The notes below the pieces were generated by a model. That model was not told the origin of the DNA and made no database searches. It worked only from the letters and a program-made list of their open reading frames with translations. The translations under genes and the position numbers were made by a program. Shown here piece after piece: positions 8,462 to 21,356 of a stretch of DNA of 64,000 nucleotides; within the stretch, counting starts at the first letter, position 1; each line of letters starts with the position of its first letter. This DNA comes from Fimicolochytrium jonesii (Eukaryota): NCBI RefSeq assembly GCF_025526975.1, contig NW_026515672.1, positions 186,001 to 250,000 on the forward strand, read 5' to 3'.

Positions 8462-9457
8462 CCTGTCCGTAGCTTTCTTGAGGGGGAGGAGGGTGGTCTT
8501 TCGTGGAAAATGCAATAATAACCAAGGCAAGCTTGCAGTGAGTTCCAAACGTCCCTCGGTTCCGCAAGCGGAAGACGCTGTCGAAAATCGCCCTGGGAAG
8601 GTTCCAACAATCACCTGGCCTCCAGCAATGAGGTTGAGTGGAACTGACTTGGTAGGTGTGAGGTCGAGAGCCCTAGGAAATTAGGTAGGAGAGCCTTAGG
8701 AGAGGAGGTATAAGTAGAGTGGAGGTCTCTCGCTTTCCCACGGTCTCTGGGAACAGCTCTCCTCCCTCCTCCTGTCTGTTGCGGGGGTTCGTCCCCGCTG
8801 TCAATCTGGTTGACTCATCGCCACTGTCGAAAATTGGACTGTTTCTAATGGTTCCATCCGGTTCCTGGTACCAGCCGCTTTCCTTTCCCGACTGCCGTAA
8901 TGCCACACGTTGGGTCGTTGGGAGGCATGAAATCTGCACGAACCGACAGGTTGAACTCGGTGTGACAGCGGTGGCGTCTGTGGCTCTGTGGCTTTCTTGG
9001 CCAGTTACTCCAGGGCATTTGCCTGCTAACGTCGTACCCACTTCCAAGCAATAGGATCGGCATGAGTATGACGGAAGGTTGTGTCCCCAGCAGTGGCGCG
9101 CATGCCAGGGTCTTGCAACTCTTGTTTTACATGGCAAACTTTTGCAAGTCTGGTTGGCTTCACGGAAAGCCATGTCCGATCGTTTTGCCAGAGGCGGCCG
9201 TGCCTCATGGGGAGGGATCCGTTTGAATAAGCGCGTTCTATATCAAAACCATCAAGAGAAGTTGGCGGGCCCTCCTTGCAGGGGCAAAGACCTTGCTTCC
9301 TTCTTCGTTCTCCGTTCTCCTCTCTCCGCTAAAGAGAGCGACCGGCTGAGGAAAGAAATATATATACAACGCCTGCCTATTCGGTGCCCACGGAGAACCG
9401 GCCCGACGCTTGTACCTCCACCACCGACCGATACCTTAGATACATTACCAGCCCGGC

Positions 9458-11273
9458 ATGGCTCAAAGAGACTTCTTCGGGAAAGGGTCGTCCAGCTCCG
9501 GCGGGGGTGAAGGCCTGTTGGGGGACATCATGGGGGCCTTCGACCAACTGCTGGACAGTCAGGACGACGCAAGCACCAGTGGTAAGTGTCTGTCAGGTGC
9601 TCGTAAGCCACCGGACCAGAAAAGCCGCATACGACCTCGTCTTCACTGCCTGCATGGAGCCCATTTCAAAGTCGCTCACACCGGTTCTTCTCGCATGACT
9701 AGGCCCGTCGACCAGAACTTCACACAGTACGGATGGAGAGACGAGACCTTCCTCCGTCTCGCGGCAGACTCCAACGTACGAATCGTCCCGTGCAGCCAAA
9801 CACGCACCCCCTCCGGCTTTCACTGCGAAGGTACATAAAATCGGCGGTGGGAACATATCGCAAACCAAAGATGACAGCAGAATAGGGTCGAGGGATAGGG
9901 ACTCGGTCTCACCTCGGGACGTGCTCAAGTCGCTACGTGGGCATGCCTCATCCATAGATCTGACGGGGAAGGGCAATGAGGGTGGAGCTCGGGACGACTT
10001 TAGGAGCAAAAATCGAAGAGGTCTGGGGAGGACAGACAGCACACCCGCTGTATCTTCCACTTTGGGGTCGGGGCGATCACATGCAAGAGAGGGACCGGTA
10101 CCGGCGCTGGCGTCAATGTCTTCGTTTCTCGACGATGGGAAGCTCCCGAGTTCGCAATGGCGTCCATCGCAAACCACCCGGGACGCCCCACCACTGAATG
10201 GTAAACCTGCAGCATTCAATCGCGCTGCAAGATACGGACGAGCTCCTCGCGCTGCGTCATCGACAGAATCGGAGTCGGAGGCTTCGGAATGGGATGCCAG
10301 CAACTCTGACAGTGATACCCCAGTTAGGCCAGTGATCACTGGTCCCATGTACGGCCGCGCCGCAAGGAGGATAGCTATGCAGCAAAAAGCAACGCTGGAG
10401 CAGAAGCGGCAGGCGAGTTTAGAAGCTGCTGCTGCTGCCGCCGCCGCCGCCGCTGCCATTGCGCCCTCCACCTCCTCGTCTCTGTCTACATCGAAATCTT
10501 TACATAATTTGACACACCGAGGAAATACCAATACGGCGCCGTCCAACAGCAGCGGCAACTCATCCGGAAGCAGCCCATTCGGGAACGCGGCAAAGGCAAC
10601 GATATCACGCTCAAAATCCGCGGCCCATCTGCCATCACACCTGCAACCCATCATCCCCACACCACCACAGTCACCTGTGAAACTGACACCGCACTTCAAA
10701 GTCCAACCTCTCATCACTGGTTTCCGCGAATACGTCCCAAAGCCGTCAATCCATGACGCTGACAATGAGAACAAAGACTCTCCAGCGACCTCGCCCTCCG
10801 CCACCACACCAGCACCTGAAACTCCGACCGAGACAGGCGCAGTGAATTCGCCAACTATACCGCAAGCCCCACAGACACCCCCACTGGAGCCGTACGCCCA
10901 GTTCTATCAGATTCAACAGCAATACGCAGCGTATGCCGCATATATGATGCAGCAACAGCAAGCGTATGCGCAGATGTTCGGAGGACCACCCGCAGCTGCC
11001 GGAGGATATCCTGGGTATCCGCAGCCGATGGTCTCTGCGGATGGCAAGCAATCGAAGAAGAAATCTTCGAAGAAGGGGGCCAAAAAGTCGAAGAAGAAGA
11101 GGTCCCAGGTTGAGGGCGAACCTGGAGCGGGTGTGGATGCTTCGACGCCCGAAGGGACGCCGGAAGGGACGCCGGAAGGAACGTCTATGGTGGAAGCGGA
11201 ACAGCCGGTCAAGGCCGCAACAGCGAATGATGTGCCACAGACAGACGCAGACATCCCGATCGCCGCCGAGTGA
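9458..11273 (+). CDS. Hypothetical low-complexity/disordered protein (S/P-rich, poly-Ala, Q/Y-rich and K-rich segments)
   Basis: Exon 1 9458..9581 (MAQRDFFGKG...), GTAAGT...ACTAG intron, exon 2 9703..11273 in frame with the 450-aa ORF. No recognisable domain. Confidence 0.65.
10425..10457 (+). repeat. Coding (GCT/GCC)11 trinucleotide repeat encoding poly-Ala
   Basis: (GCT)4(GCC)5GCTGCC read directly. Confidence 0.9.
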
Positions 11274-11591
11274 TCTCATGCATGAGCAATCGTGTCATCA
11301 TCCTCATATCATGGGTGTGTCGCTTCTTTAGTAGACCCTTTCAACCCTTATAGACTTCTATCGTCTAGTGCCACCTCCAATTTTGCCGGCGTATATGCGC
11401 TTCCTCATATGCTTCTTTATATAATTTTTTTTTGCAATAGAATATGCTATGATACGTAGGTTTTCAATCAGATACGTTCACAACGTCGTCGACTCGTTGG
11501 GTTTGCATGTCCCACGCTGAAATTTTGGAGTTCCCACTTTGGCCACTTCCACAAATTTCCAGGCTCTCCTCGAAGTCCCAACAGGTTCGCC

Positions 11592-12204
11592 ATGACAGCC
11601 GACACCCACACGAGTGCAACCCAAGTCCGGGTCGGAGTGGGGGTATTCGTTGTCCGGCGCCGAGACAACCATATCCTAGTCGGCAAGCGGAAAGGCAGTC
11701 ACGGACATGGTGGGTTCACATTCTTCTTCCCTCAGCGATCCGGTTAGTGATGCTGATCTTATCACGGCTTCCGGAAGGAACCTACCAGCTCCCTGGCGGG
11801 CATCTGGACCCGTTTGAGAGCTTCGAAGAGTGTGCGGCGCGGGAAGTCTGGGAAGAAGCACGGCTGAAGTTGCAGAACATTACATATGGAACGACCACAA
11901 ACGATCCAATGCCGAAAGAGAATAAGCACTATGTTACCATTTTCGTGACAGCTGAATGCGTGGACGACGAGCCGTTACCCGAGGTATGCTGATGAAGCTC
12001 GCAAGTCTGTTCACTGGGAGATGCTACTGAATACAGGTCGATTTTGTGAAACAGGTTTGCGAGCCAGATAAGTGCGATTACTGGGAGTTCATCTCCTTCG
12101 AAGAGTTGATGACGAATAGGACGCCTCTCTTCAAACCTCTGGAAAGCTTGGCTGCGACAAGACCATCGTTTAGGCCTGAGACGAACTCCATTGACCGACA
12201 TTGA
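11592..12204 (+). CDS. Nudix hydrolase, NUDT15/MTH2-like
   Basis: Three exons. VRVGVGVFV...ILVGKRKGSHG.GTYQLPGGHLDPFESFEECAAREVWEEA (Nudix box), then TTND...KHYVTIFV, EPDKC and PLFKPL. Confidence 0.9.
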
Positions 12205-12709
12205 TTGACGGACCGGCGTAACATTTTTGGCTCTATATAGGAGCGATCCGCAATTGACGTAGGAAGCTGGGCTCTTCGTCACTTCTCATTTTTCTACCAT
12301 AGGCGTAGATGTATATGCATACATATATATATGTATTATATTACTGTAGAGACGTGGAAGGTAACGACTCCTTCGAGTGCGGTTTGCGAGAAGGCCAGAA
12401 GCAATCCAGCGATGTCCTGTTGTCGTCCGAACGGATTTGCCCCTGTGTCGCTGTGTCGCGCGTGTTTTGTGATGACTGTCCCATGGAACGGCTGAGGGCT
12501 CCCACCGCTGTTTTTCCAGCCGTCGATCGAGCGTTTCACTGCCGTAGCTGCCAACGAGCCAACCAGCCATTGCCATCCTTTGGTTTCTCTCAATCTCTCG
12601 CCGCCACGGCCATACTCTCTAAAGTGCTTCTAGACGCTGTCCTCCCAGCTGCCTGATTACCGCTACATCTTTCCCCAACTCGCGATTTCCCACGACTCGC
12701 TCTGCTCGC

Positions 12710-15448
12710 ATGTTCTCCAACCTGCGAGGCCGGTTAGGGTCCGGCTCGAGCAGCAGCGGATCGGCCGAGCAAGCGCAAAGCCCTCGGTCTGCAGGCAGTG
12801 GGATACCCAGCGGGATTCCAGCTGCCTTCGACAAGCCTTTACCGGTGCCGCACAGTTCGGGTCGGACGGGGCTGCCGACGCCATCACCATCCCCAATATC
12901 CGCCCTACCCACGTCAGCGTCTACCTCAAGTCTTGCACCGAAGAGTCGTCTTATGTCGCCGTCGAAACTATCAAAGCCGCCATCTTTGCTGCCAACGGTC
13001 ACGCTGACGAGTGCGGGTGGAGCGTCGTCTCCGGGCATCCCGAAATCCACGTCGTTCAATTATGGTCAGTTCGACACTCAAAGCATACCAGGGGCAGGAG
13101 CGGATGGTGAATCGGATTCGATCTCGGGAGACGCTTGTCAAGTTGTCGTGAGGATGAGGCCATTGACGCATGCAGAAGAAAACGCCCATCTCCGAACGGT
13201 ATGGGATATCGACCACCAGTATAATCGTGTGTCGCTATCAGCGGAACATGCCGAGTATAGTAGGAAGGCGCCTGCCGAGTTCTACTACGATGCTGTGTTG
13301 TGGGGAAGTGACAATAAGGATCTCTATGAAGCTTCCGCAAAGAGCGTGGTGCGGTCAGCGATGGAAGGATACAATGGGACGGTATTTGCCTATGGGCAGA
13401 CGGCGAGTGGAAAGACCTACAGTATGATGGGATTGGATGAACAGCCAGGAGTGATCCCGCAGGCAGTCGACGAAATCTTTGCTTACATCCGTGAGCAAAG
13501 CGCGGATCGCGAATATTTGCTGAGGGTCTCCTATATGGAGATCTACAATGAGACGATACGGGACCTGCTATCTCCTGAGCAGACGGATTTACGCATCCAC
13601 GAGGACCGCAAACGAGGAGTTTTTGTTTCGCCATTGAAGGAGGAGATTGTGACGAATCCGCGGCAGGTGATGCGAGTTATCCGGAAAGGAGAGGAGAATC
13701 GCCACTTCGGAGCAACCGACTACAACGAGCACTCGAGTCGGAGTCACACTATCTTTCAGATGGTGATTGAGAGTAGGGAACGGGGACAGAGCGGGACGAG
13801 CACCCCGACGATTCCTCGGCCGGACAAGAATCGTGGTACGGTCACTATCTCCCAGCTTAATTTAATCGACCTGGCGGGATCCGAAAAGGCGACAACAGAC
13901 ACAGATAGGAGGAAGGAAGGAGCGTTTATCAACAAGTCGCTGCTCACGCTAGGAACGGTTATCTCGAAACTCACTGACGGCAAAGCCGCTGCCGCTACGG
14001 CACATATACCCTACCGAGACTCCAAGCTTACCAGGATCCTCCAATCTTCACTATCCGGCAACGCCCGCATTTCAGTCATCTGCACCATCAGCCCCTCCGC
14101 GAACAACACGGAAGAAACGCAGAATACCCTCAAATTCGCGTCTCGAGTGAAGAAGGTGACGGTGAACGCACATGCGAACCGGGTCGTTGACGAGAAAGCC
14201 CTGCTGCAGAAGTACAAGCAGGAGATCGAGGAGCTGCGTCAACAGCTATCGGCGACCAACGAGCTTCTGGAACGCGAGCGGCGGCAGCAACAGACTACGG
14301 AGGCTGACAATGACCGAAAGCGTTATGAGGAGGAATTGATGGAAAGTCAAATAGCCAGCACAGCGATGAAGGAACGGCTGGACCATTTGACGAACTTGAT
14401 CCTGACCAGTAAGACGATCACGAAATCGCAGCTGCTGGATTGGAGCGCGCCTACCGACCCACAATCGCATCGGAATTCGGTAATGATGGAAGACGGGCTG
14501 CTACCCAGCAGCCCGAACATGAACGCCAAACGAACCGCCTCAACAACAAGTCCCAACAAACTCTCCCCCTTCAACGACAAGGAGTTTCTGAAGCGGCATA
14601 TCCGCGAGATCGACCAACGCGACGAAAAGATCCGCCAGATGGAGTTCCTCGTCATGCAACTCAAAGCGGCGACCGCCAAGGACGGAAACAGCGCCTGCCT
14701 GCGCGCCATCGAGATGTACGAGATGACCTCCGGGAAGAGCGTGGAGAGCGTGAGCACCCTCGTCGCCGAGCGAGACAAGGCCGTGACGCACATGCACGAG
14801 GTTGAGCTGCTCCGTAACGAGATGGAGGAGCGGATACGCGATCTGGAAGCCACGATTGGGGATAGCATATCTGGTGATTATCCTGCTGGCCCGAGCGCGA
14901 CGGATCTCAAGCGGTTGACGGATAACAACCGGGCGTTGAAATTGACGATCAAGAATCTGCGGGCGGAGATGGAGAAGGTGAAAGGAGGTTCGGGAAGCAG
15001 GGATTCGGGGGATAGTAGCAGCAGTAGCAGGTTTACGAAAGAGCTGCAACAAACGATCTCGAAACAGAGAGAGGATATAGAATCGCTGCAGAATGAACTC
15101 GCGTCCGGGCAACGAACCATCCAATCCCTCCGCGACAGCATCCGCATGCTCGAACTCTCCAATGACATGTTTGTGCAGTCCGCGTCGAGAGCCAACTCGC
15201 CTACACCGGGATCGTCGTCTGCGAACGATCAACTCACGCGAACGAGGACCCAGTCGTCGCAATCGTCGGAAAAGTTAGTTCTGGATCTGGAGGGCGCGTT
15301 GGAGCGTGAACGGAAACTGAGAGGGGAGGAGAACCGGACGGCTATTGAGCGGATTGCGGGGTTGGAGGCGGAATTGGCGTGTATGAAGGCGGAGTTGGGT
15401 GTGTTGTCGCTGGTGGGTGGGTACACCAAGAATGATGGACAGAATTAG
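12710..15448 (+). CDS. Kinesin-7 (CENP-E/Kip2/KipA-like) motor with C-terminal coiled coils
   Basis: 912-aa intronless ORF. P-loop YGQTASGKTYS, switch I NEHSSRSH, switch II LIDLAGSE, HIPYRDSKLTRILQSSLSGNARISVICT. Confidence 0.92.
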   Translation: MFSNLRGRLGSGSSSSGSAEQAQSPRSAGSGIPSGIPAAFDKPLPVPHSSGRTGLPTPSPSPISALPTSASTSSLAPKSRLMSPSKLSKPPSLLPTVTLTSAGGASSPGIPKSTSFNYGQFDTQSIPGAGADGESDSISGDACQVVVRMRPLTHAEENAHLRTVWDIDHQYNRVSLSAEHAEYSRKAPAEFYYDAVLWGSDNKDLYEASAKSVVRSAMEGYNGTVFAYGQTASGKTYSMMGLDEQPGVIPQAVDEIFAYIREQSADREYLLRVSYMEIYNETIRDLLSPEQTDLRIHEDRKRGVFVSPLKEEIVTNPRQVMRVIRKGEENRHFGATDYNEHSSRSHTIFQMVIESRERGQSGTSTPTIPRPDKNRGTVTISQLNLIDLAGSEKATTDTDRRKEGAFINKSLLTLGTVISKLTDGKAAAATAHIPYRDSKLTRILQSSLSGNARISVICTISPSANNTEETQNTLKFASRVKKVTVNAHANRVVDEKALLQKYKQEIEELRQQLSATNELLERERRQQQTTEADNDRKRYEEELMESQIASTAMKERLDHLTNLILTSKTITKSQLLDWSAPTDPQSHRNSVMMEDGLLPSSPNMNAKRTASTTSPNKLSPFNDKEFLKRHIREIDQRDEKIRQMEFLVMQLKAATAKDGNSACLRAIEMYEMTSGKSVESVSTLVAERDKAVTHMHEVELLRNEMEERIRDLEATIGDSISGDYPAGPSATDLKRLTDNNRALKLTIKNLRAEMEKVKGGSGSRDSGDSSSSSRFTKELQQTISKQREDIESLQNELASGQRTIQSLRDSIRMLELSNDMFVQSASRANSPTPGSSSANDQLTRTRTQSSQSSEKLVLDLEGALERERKLRGEENRTAIERIAGLEAELACMKAELGVLSLVGGYTKNDGQN

Positions 15449-15685
15449 GATCCCTGCCCACCCGAAGGCGGAACTGGGGACGCATTTGGTCGAGGCTAGT
15501 ACATTTACTGGCGGACTTGCCAGTGTGTCACGTTTTTATATTATGTATATACACTGGCAGCCGCCTACAGGCGGTTGTCACCAATATTCTCTCATTATGC
15601 GAATATTATCGTTGGCTTCGTGAGGCTATGTACATATGATTATCTCGCGCTCCGCTATTGTATGCTACAGAAATAGGTGTACGTA

Positions 15686-16879
15686 CTATGCTGAAGTTGA
15701 GGGAGGATTATCGCCCGAAGCTGCTGGGTGAACCTTCAAGAACGAGGAAGACGACTTGCCCAATCCTTGATACGCCCCCCGCATGATTTTCGATACCGTA
15801 TCGACGGACAACATTCGATACGCCTTTCCCCTCGGACACGTCGGACAATAGCATGTCTTGCCCGCCTCGCACGTCGGGCTATAACAATCCACCACGTCGC
15901 CCCTCCCATCCTCCAAAAACTGCGCCGCGGTCGATCTCGTCATCTGCGCCGCCTCACGGGTTGTGTTCGCCGCCCATCCCAGAGCTCTGTTGCTCAACCC
16001 ATACAGATCCCGTACGAGCGGGGTCACGCCCGTGGCTTCCAATGCCGGGATAGCAACCTCAGCCGTCCGACTAGCGATACGTTCAGCTTTCTGCCGCGCA
16101 GCGGTCGCCGTATCCGATCCCACCCGTACCGCCGCCGGCACAAGATCCAACAACCCCGTCGCATTAATGACGCTCGCGCCCGCCATCGACAACTGCCCGA
16201 CCGCGGTCCGGATCTCATGCTCGTAGTATTTCCCGATGATGGGCATCTGTTTGATGACGTCCTGCGCGACATGTTTCTCGGTGTGTTCGACGATGCGGAG
16301 GAGGTTGTCGCCGCGCTCGGTGTCGGTTTCGAGTTGGAGGTAGAGGTGTTGGTGGGTAGTTATGGCGATCACGCCGCCGAGGGCCTTGGGTTTGATGACT
16401 TGAGTGAGCTTTATCAGCGCTTTTTGGGTCGTTGGGTCGTAATCTAAAATAGGAGATGCTTCGAGATGAGGAAATCGCCAGCCATCGCAGCTACATGATT
16501 CTCACGCCAGCGGGCATGGACTGCGTAAAAGACTCACCAACGTTGTCCACTATGGCGTAAAGTTCGGTACACGCGTTCGACAGCCCTGCGAACCCTCTTA
16601 TTATCTCTGCCCTGTTTCCAAGAACCTTTTCAATCGTAGAGAGTAGGAGCACAAGGTTAGTCAACGCCGAAGAACGGAGAAAGCGCTCCTTTCCGAATGC
16701 GCCCATAGCCATTCCCACTCAAGCACAGGCCGCCGCATACGTACCAAATAAGGGTTCTGGAGCCTCGCTTCCTGGAAGTAAGCGTGCTCAATCGTTTGCC
16801 GTTGGATAAGTACATCTTTGTTTATCAAGCCTCGAAAGAGGGCCTGGAAGATCTGCTTGTTGATGTGAGCTGGGTCCAT
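15686..16879 (-). CDS. Hypothetical protein: N-terminal NTF2/SnoaL-like domain and C-terminal CYSPTC-x-CYCPTCPR Cys motif
   Basis: Three exons splice into MDPAHINKQIFQALFRGL...YFQEARLQNPYL|VLGNRAEIIRGF...DNV|DYDPTTQKALIKLTQ...HLYLQLE...RIVEHTEKH. The fold call is pattern recognition only. Confidence 0.65.
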
Positions 16880-17419
16880 GATGCGACTATTTTGTAGCTT
16901 CAGTGGTTTCAGCGGGATTAAGCCGGGATATCGGTTTTGCTTTCGGGGGGATAAGGTGGCGTTGAGTGTCTGGGAGAGCCGCTTTCTCCTGTGCCTTCAG
17001 GTCGAGCTTTGCCTTGTAAGCGGAGTGTTGCCTTTTTTCGGGGCGAGGTCTTGGAGTTCTTGGCGTGAAGTTGAGGGGGCTAGCTCACAGTGACGGCAAG
17101 TTGGGAATGGAATCAGCGGCTCTCATCCAAGCGCGTCTGTCTGTCTGTCTGAACAGCCGGATGACTAAGCCGACATCACGTGACGGCTGTGCTTTTCAAA
17201 TCAATCACGGTGAGTAACCGCCTGCAAACGACGCGTTTGCTTTGCTTGCTTTGCTTGCTCACAAACTCTCTGCTGTCTTCAACCTTCAGACTTTTTACAA
17301 AGGAGACTCCGGGGACGACGAACATATAGAAGCAAGCTGGGCAAAACACCGGTCGTCTTATCGTTAGAGAGAAGAGCTTCACACTCAGAAGGTCTTTATT
17401 CACCGACGCTTCATCAATA

Positions 17420-19228
17420 ATGGACGGAGTAGTCTATGACCCCGCTCGAACGGAGCAGCGCATGTGAGTAAAGGCTTCTTTTGGCTATCCTTTGACCACC
17501 TATTTGCTCATGCTTCCACGACTCCCAGTCTTTGCGCTTCCTGTGGAACGGTCATTGCCCCAAACCCGGCAAACATGTGCGTCAACTGTATCCGCTCCGA
17601 CGTCGATATCACCGAAGGAATCCCAAAACAGGCCACAATTCACTTTTGCCGTGGGTGCGACAGATACCTGCAACCCCCCAATATCTGGGTCAAGGCCGAG
17701 CTGGAGAGCAGGGAGCTGCTTGCTCTGTGTCTGAAGAAACTGAAAGGGTTGGCGAAAGTGCGACTGGTGGACGCTGGGTTCATTTGGACGGAGCCGCACT
17801 CGAAACGTGTCAAGGTCAAACTGACTATTCAGAAGGAGGTATGGATCAAATAATCGGCTTTCCCGAGGGAATCGTTATTTCATTGGAAAAGCATCACCTG
17901 ACGCCTCCTTCTTCGAAAACAGGTGTTCGCAGCGACGATCCTCCAACAAGTCTTCGTCACCGAATTTATAGTAGCCGGCCAATACTGCGAGGAATGTCAG
18001 CGAGTAGACGCCCAACTGACATGGAAAGCGGTCGTGCAAGTGCGCCAAAAAGTGCAGCACAAGAGGACTTTCCTGTGGCTCGAGCAGCTGATCCTGAAGC
18101 ATAACGCGCACAAGGATACCACCAACATTAAGGAATACCGCGACGGTCTCGATTTCTACTATGTGCAACGAGGGCATGCCCAGAAGATGATTGAGTTCTT
18201 GCAGGCCGTTGTGCCGTTGAAGATGAAGACTTCCGAACAGTTGATTTCGCAGGATATACATAGCGGGACAAAGAACTTTAAGTTTACGTACTCTGTAGAG
18301 TTGGTGCCCATTTGCAAGGTATGCGATGTCAGTTCGGTAATGGTTGTCCTACTGACAGCGGCTGACTTATATATTTGCCATACCATAGGACGACTTGGTA
18401 TGTCTTTCAGCAAAGCTCGCCCGCCAACTCTCCAACACGAACCCGCTCGTCATCTGCAACCGCGTCAGCAACAGCGTCAACCTTCTCGACCCCAACACCC
18501 TCAAAATCGCCGACATGCGCGCCCAGGTCTACTGGGACGCGCCCTTCACCTCCCTCTGCGAAGCAAAAGACCTCGTCGAGTTCTACGTTATCGACTCCAC
18601 CCTCGAGGGCCCCCAGAACGGCCGGTACGCCCTGGGCACCGTCGAAGTCTGCCGCTCAACCGATATGTCCCGCACCTACCTCGTCCGCACCCACCTCGGC
18701 CGACTGCTCAACCCGGGCGACCACGTGCTGGGGTACGACCTCACACATGCCAATTTCAACAGCGATAACTGGGACGCGCTCAACAGCGTTGGACGGTTGT
18801 CGGGCGGGATTCCCGACGTTGTGCTGATCCGCAAATCCTACCCCAACGCACGCAAGAAGGGCAAGTCCCGTGGCTGGAAGCTCAAGTCCCTCGGCAAGGA
18901 GGAGGAGTTGGAGCTGGTTAACCGGTCCAAGGCCGAGAAGGCCCGTCAGGAGATGGACTATGAGCTGTTCTTGCGGGATATTGAGGAGGATTCGGAGTTG
19001 AGAGGAATGATGAACTTGTACAAAGATCCGAATGCCAAGGCGGGTGCGGCTCAGGCGGCGCCGCAAGAGGAGGTTGATGAGAATATGATGGATGAGGATG
19101 AGGAGGAGCCGGAGGCTGACTTCCCGGAAATCAATGTGGATGAGTTGTTGGAGGATATGGAGGGGATGCGTTTGGGTGGGGATGACGAGGAAGAGGGCGC
19201 GGAAGGCGAGGAGGAGATGATGGAGTAG
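17420..19228 (+). CDS. NMD3: 60S ribosomal export adaptor Nmd3
   Basis: Four exons. LCASCG...NPANMCVNC, FCRGCDRYLQPP, FIWTEPHSKRVKVKLTIQKE, VQVRQKVQHKRTFLWLEQLILKH, and an acidic tail with NES-like INVDELLEDMEGMRL. Confidence 0.97.
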
Positions 19229-19472
19229 AACAGACCTGCTGTCTCCATCGCCTTCCACAGTCTCTCGCGGCGTCTCTAGTGTCACACACGCACACACACT
19301 CTCATTCCATCATTTTAGATAGCAGCATTCATTCATAGACGTATTTAGCATTTTATATGTACTGTATTTACAACAGAAAACAGGAAAAGGGAGCACAAAT
19401 ATGAAATGGTCTTATCCCTTGTTTTGCGACCTATACGTCTCTACCAAAACTTGGCGTGCTTTCGTTTCCGCG

Positions 19473-21356
19473 TCACAGTGCCCCCGGCAAAGGCAACGGC
19501 ACCCCAGTCACCGACCACAACGCCAACGCCGTAACACACACCGTCAACGTAACCGCAATCTGCACAACGGTGTTCTGCATCGACTTCTCCCTAAACCGTC
19601 TCAGCTGCTGACTCCTCGACCTCGCAATCATCCGTTCCTGTTGCCCAGCGGTCAGTTGCCGCGTGCGAGGCGTCGAGAGGAGTTGGTCGATTTTGAGGGC
19701 GTACAGGGCCGCGACGGGTTTGTGGTCGCTCCAGACGACCGAGTGCGCGCAGTGGTAGTAGAGGGGCTCGATGGCGGATGATGTGCGTTGGCGGGCGGAT
19801 TCCCAGGCGTCGCCGATGGGGTTTTCCGAGGTGCCGCTGTCGCCGTCATCGGATGTGTCGGCGGGAGCGGGGTGGAGGGGGTTGGCGAGTTGGAGGTCGA
19901 CGGCACGGTACATGATGCGGTCGCAGTAGGCCGGGACCCTGTTGTTTGCGAAGCGGCGGGCCGCAGGGATTGGTGGCATTTCTGTTCTCGATGAAGGGGA
20001 CTTGGGAGATGCCGGCGAGGAAAGTCCCGAGGGTTCATCCGTCTTCTTGCTGACGGCCGTACCCTTCGATCCCGGGTTCGTTTCCACGGAAGTGTTTATC
20101 GAGTCTTCGCCTCTGAACTTGTACGAAGGGATGAACGTGATAGGCGCCTCGAGGAACCCAGTCAGCGGCTTGAACTTCTTCACATCACGCAACGCCGAGA
20201 GCTCGTCCATAGAGAGAAGCTCCTCGACCTCTTTCGCGTCTATATGTCTCAGCACGCTCTGACGGAACTCTGTCCATGCGCCGGAGCTGGAGACCCCGGC
20301 GCCCATGAGGCGATAGTTTAGGTCTCCGAAGAAGAAGACGGCGTGGAAGTCGCTGAGTAGTCGTATCCGGGTGCTGTCTTCCGAGGAGGAAGGGTCGTGA
20401 TGTGCATGATGGGGTCGATGATGGCCGGAGTCGATCGCACGCTTCTCCAACAAGAGGGTTTCAAAGATATGCTGCACCTCCTCGTTTCGCCATTCGTAGG
20501 GCTCGAAGCCCTCATGCGGCCCAAGATGGGAGTTCCCGAAACAGATGGAGACGGGACTCCGATTCGATTGTGCGTCGATGACTTGGAGGTCCAACCCGAC
20601 AGCCACACACCCTTTGTTGGGGTACTTCCCCAGCAATCCCGTCCCGATATCGCCTTCCCAAACCGCCTCCACCTCATGCCGTGCTCCTGACCCTCTTCGG
20701 ACGAACAATATCAATCCGAGCCCAACCATCCGGCTGATCAGGTACGGCTCATAATACAGATCGTCCTCCTCACTTTCGATCGACGAGCGGCCCAACCCGC
20801 TCTTGGACGCGTCTCCACCTTCGTCGCCATAGATGTTGTGCAGCTCATCCTGCACCAGCCGTATCCACGGATCGAGAAAATCGAGGCGGCCGGTGTCAGC
20901 TTTCTCAACGAGACTCACGTCGCCGTGACATGATCCACCTAGCGGAAGTCGCGCTCCTAAAAACTGAGACACGAGCTCTTGGAACCCGACCACTACAATG
21001 TCCGGTTTGACGCGGTGTGCGGCGCTGCTATCGGCGGGTGGTCGCAGCCACGTTAGCAGGTTCGGGATCTCCCCTGTTTCGATGTTCGGGCCGCGTGTTG
21101 CTAGATTGACTGGAGTAGTCGCCAGAGGAAGATGTTCAGACATTGCCCCCAGCGGAAAAAGACTTGAGAAAGTTTAGTTCTACTCACAGCTCCCGATGAG
21201 AACATGCAGATCGTCGCCGTCGTGGACCGACGTCGCTTCGGAGGTCGGGAGACTGGAAACCGTCGAACGTGAGTTGCCGCCCCCGGATTGTTGCGAGACA
21301 GCCTCGCTGGACGGAGGGCCGACTCTGCGGGACCGCATAGGGATGTCGACCGCCAT
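19473..21356 (-). CDS. Inositol polyphosphate 5-phosphatase with C-terminal membrane anchor (Inp54-like)
   Basis: Exon 1 from ATG 21356 splices into LHVLIGSFNL. Motifs PDIVVVGFQE, NKGCV, NSHL, FFFGDLNYR, PSYKF, PAYCDRIMY, SDHKPV. Hydrophobic C-terminal helix. Confidence 0.9.

Noticed and set aside
8673..9173. 166-aa minus-strand ORF upstream of the PAZ fusion as an extra 5' exon or Argonaute N domain
   Set aside because: No AGO-like motifs and no convincing in-frame splice path found; needs RNA-seq.
9593..10807. 404-aa minus-strand ORF
   Set aside because: Antisense to the spliced plus-strand low-complexity gene.
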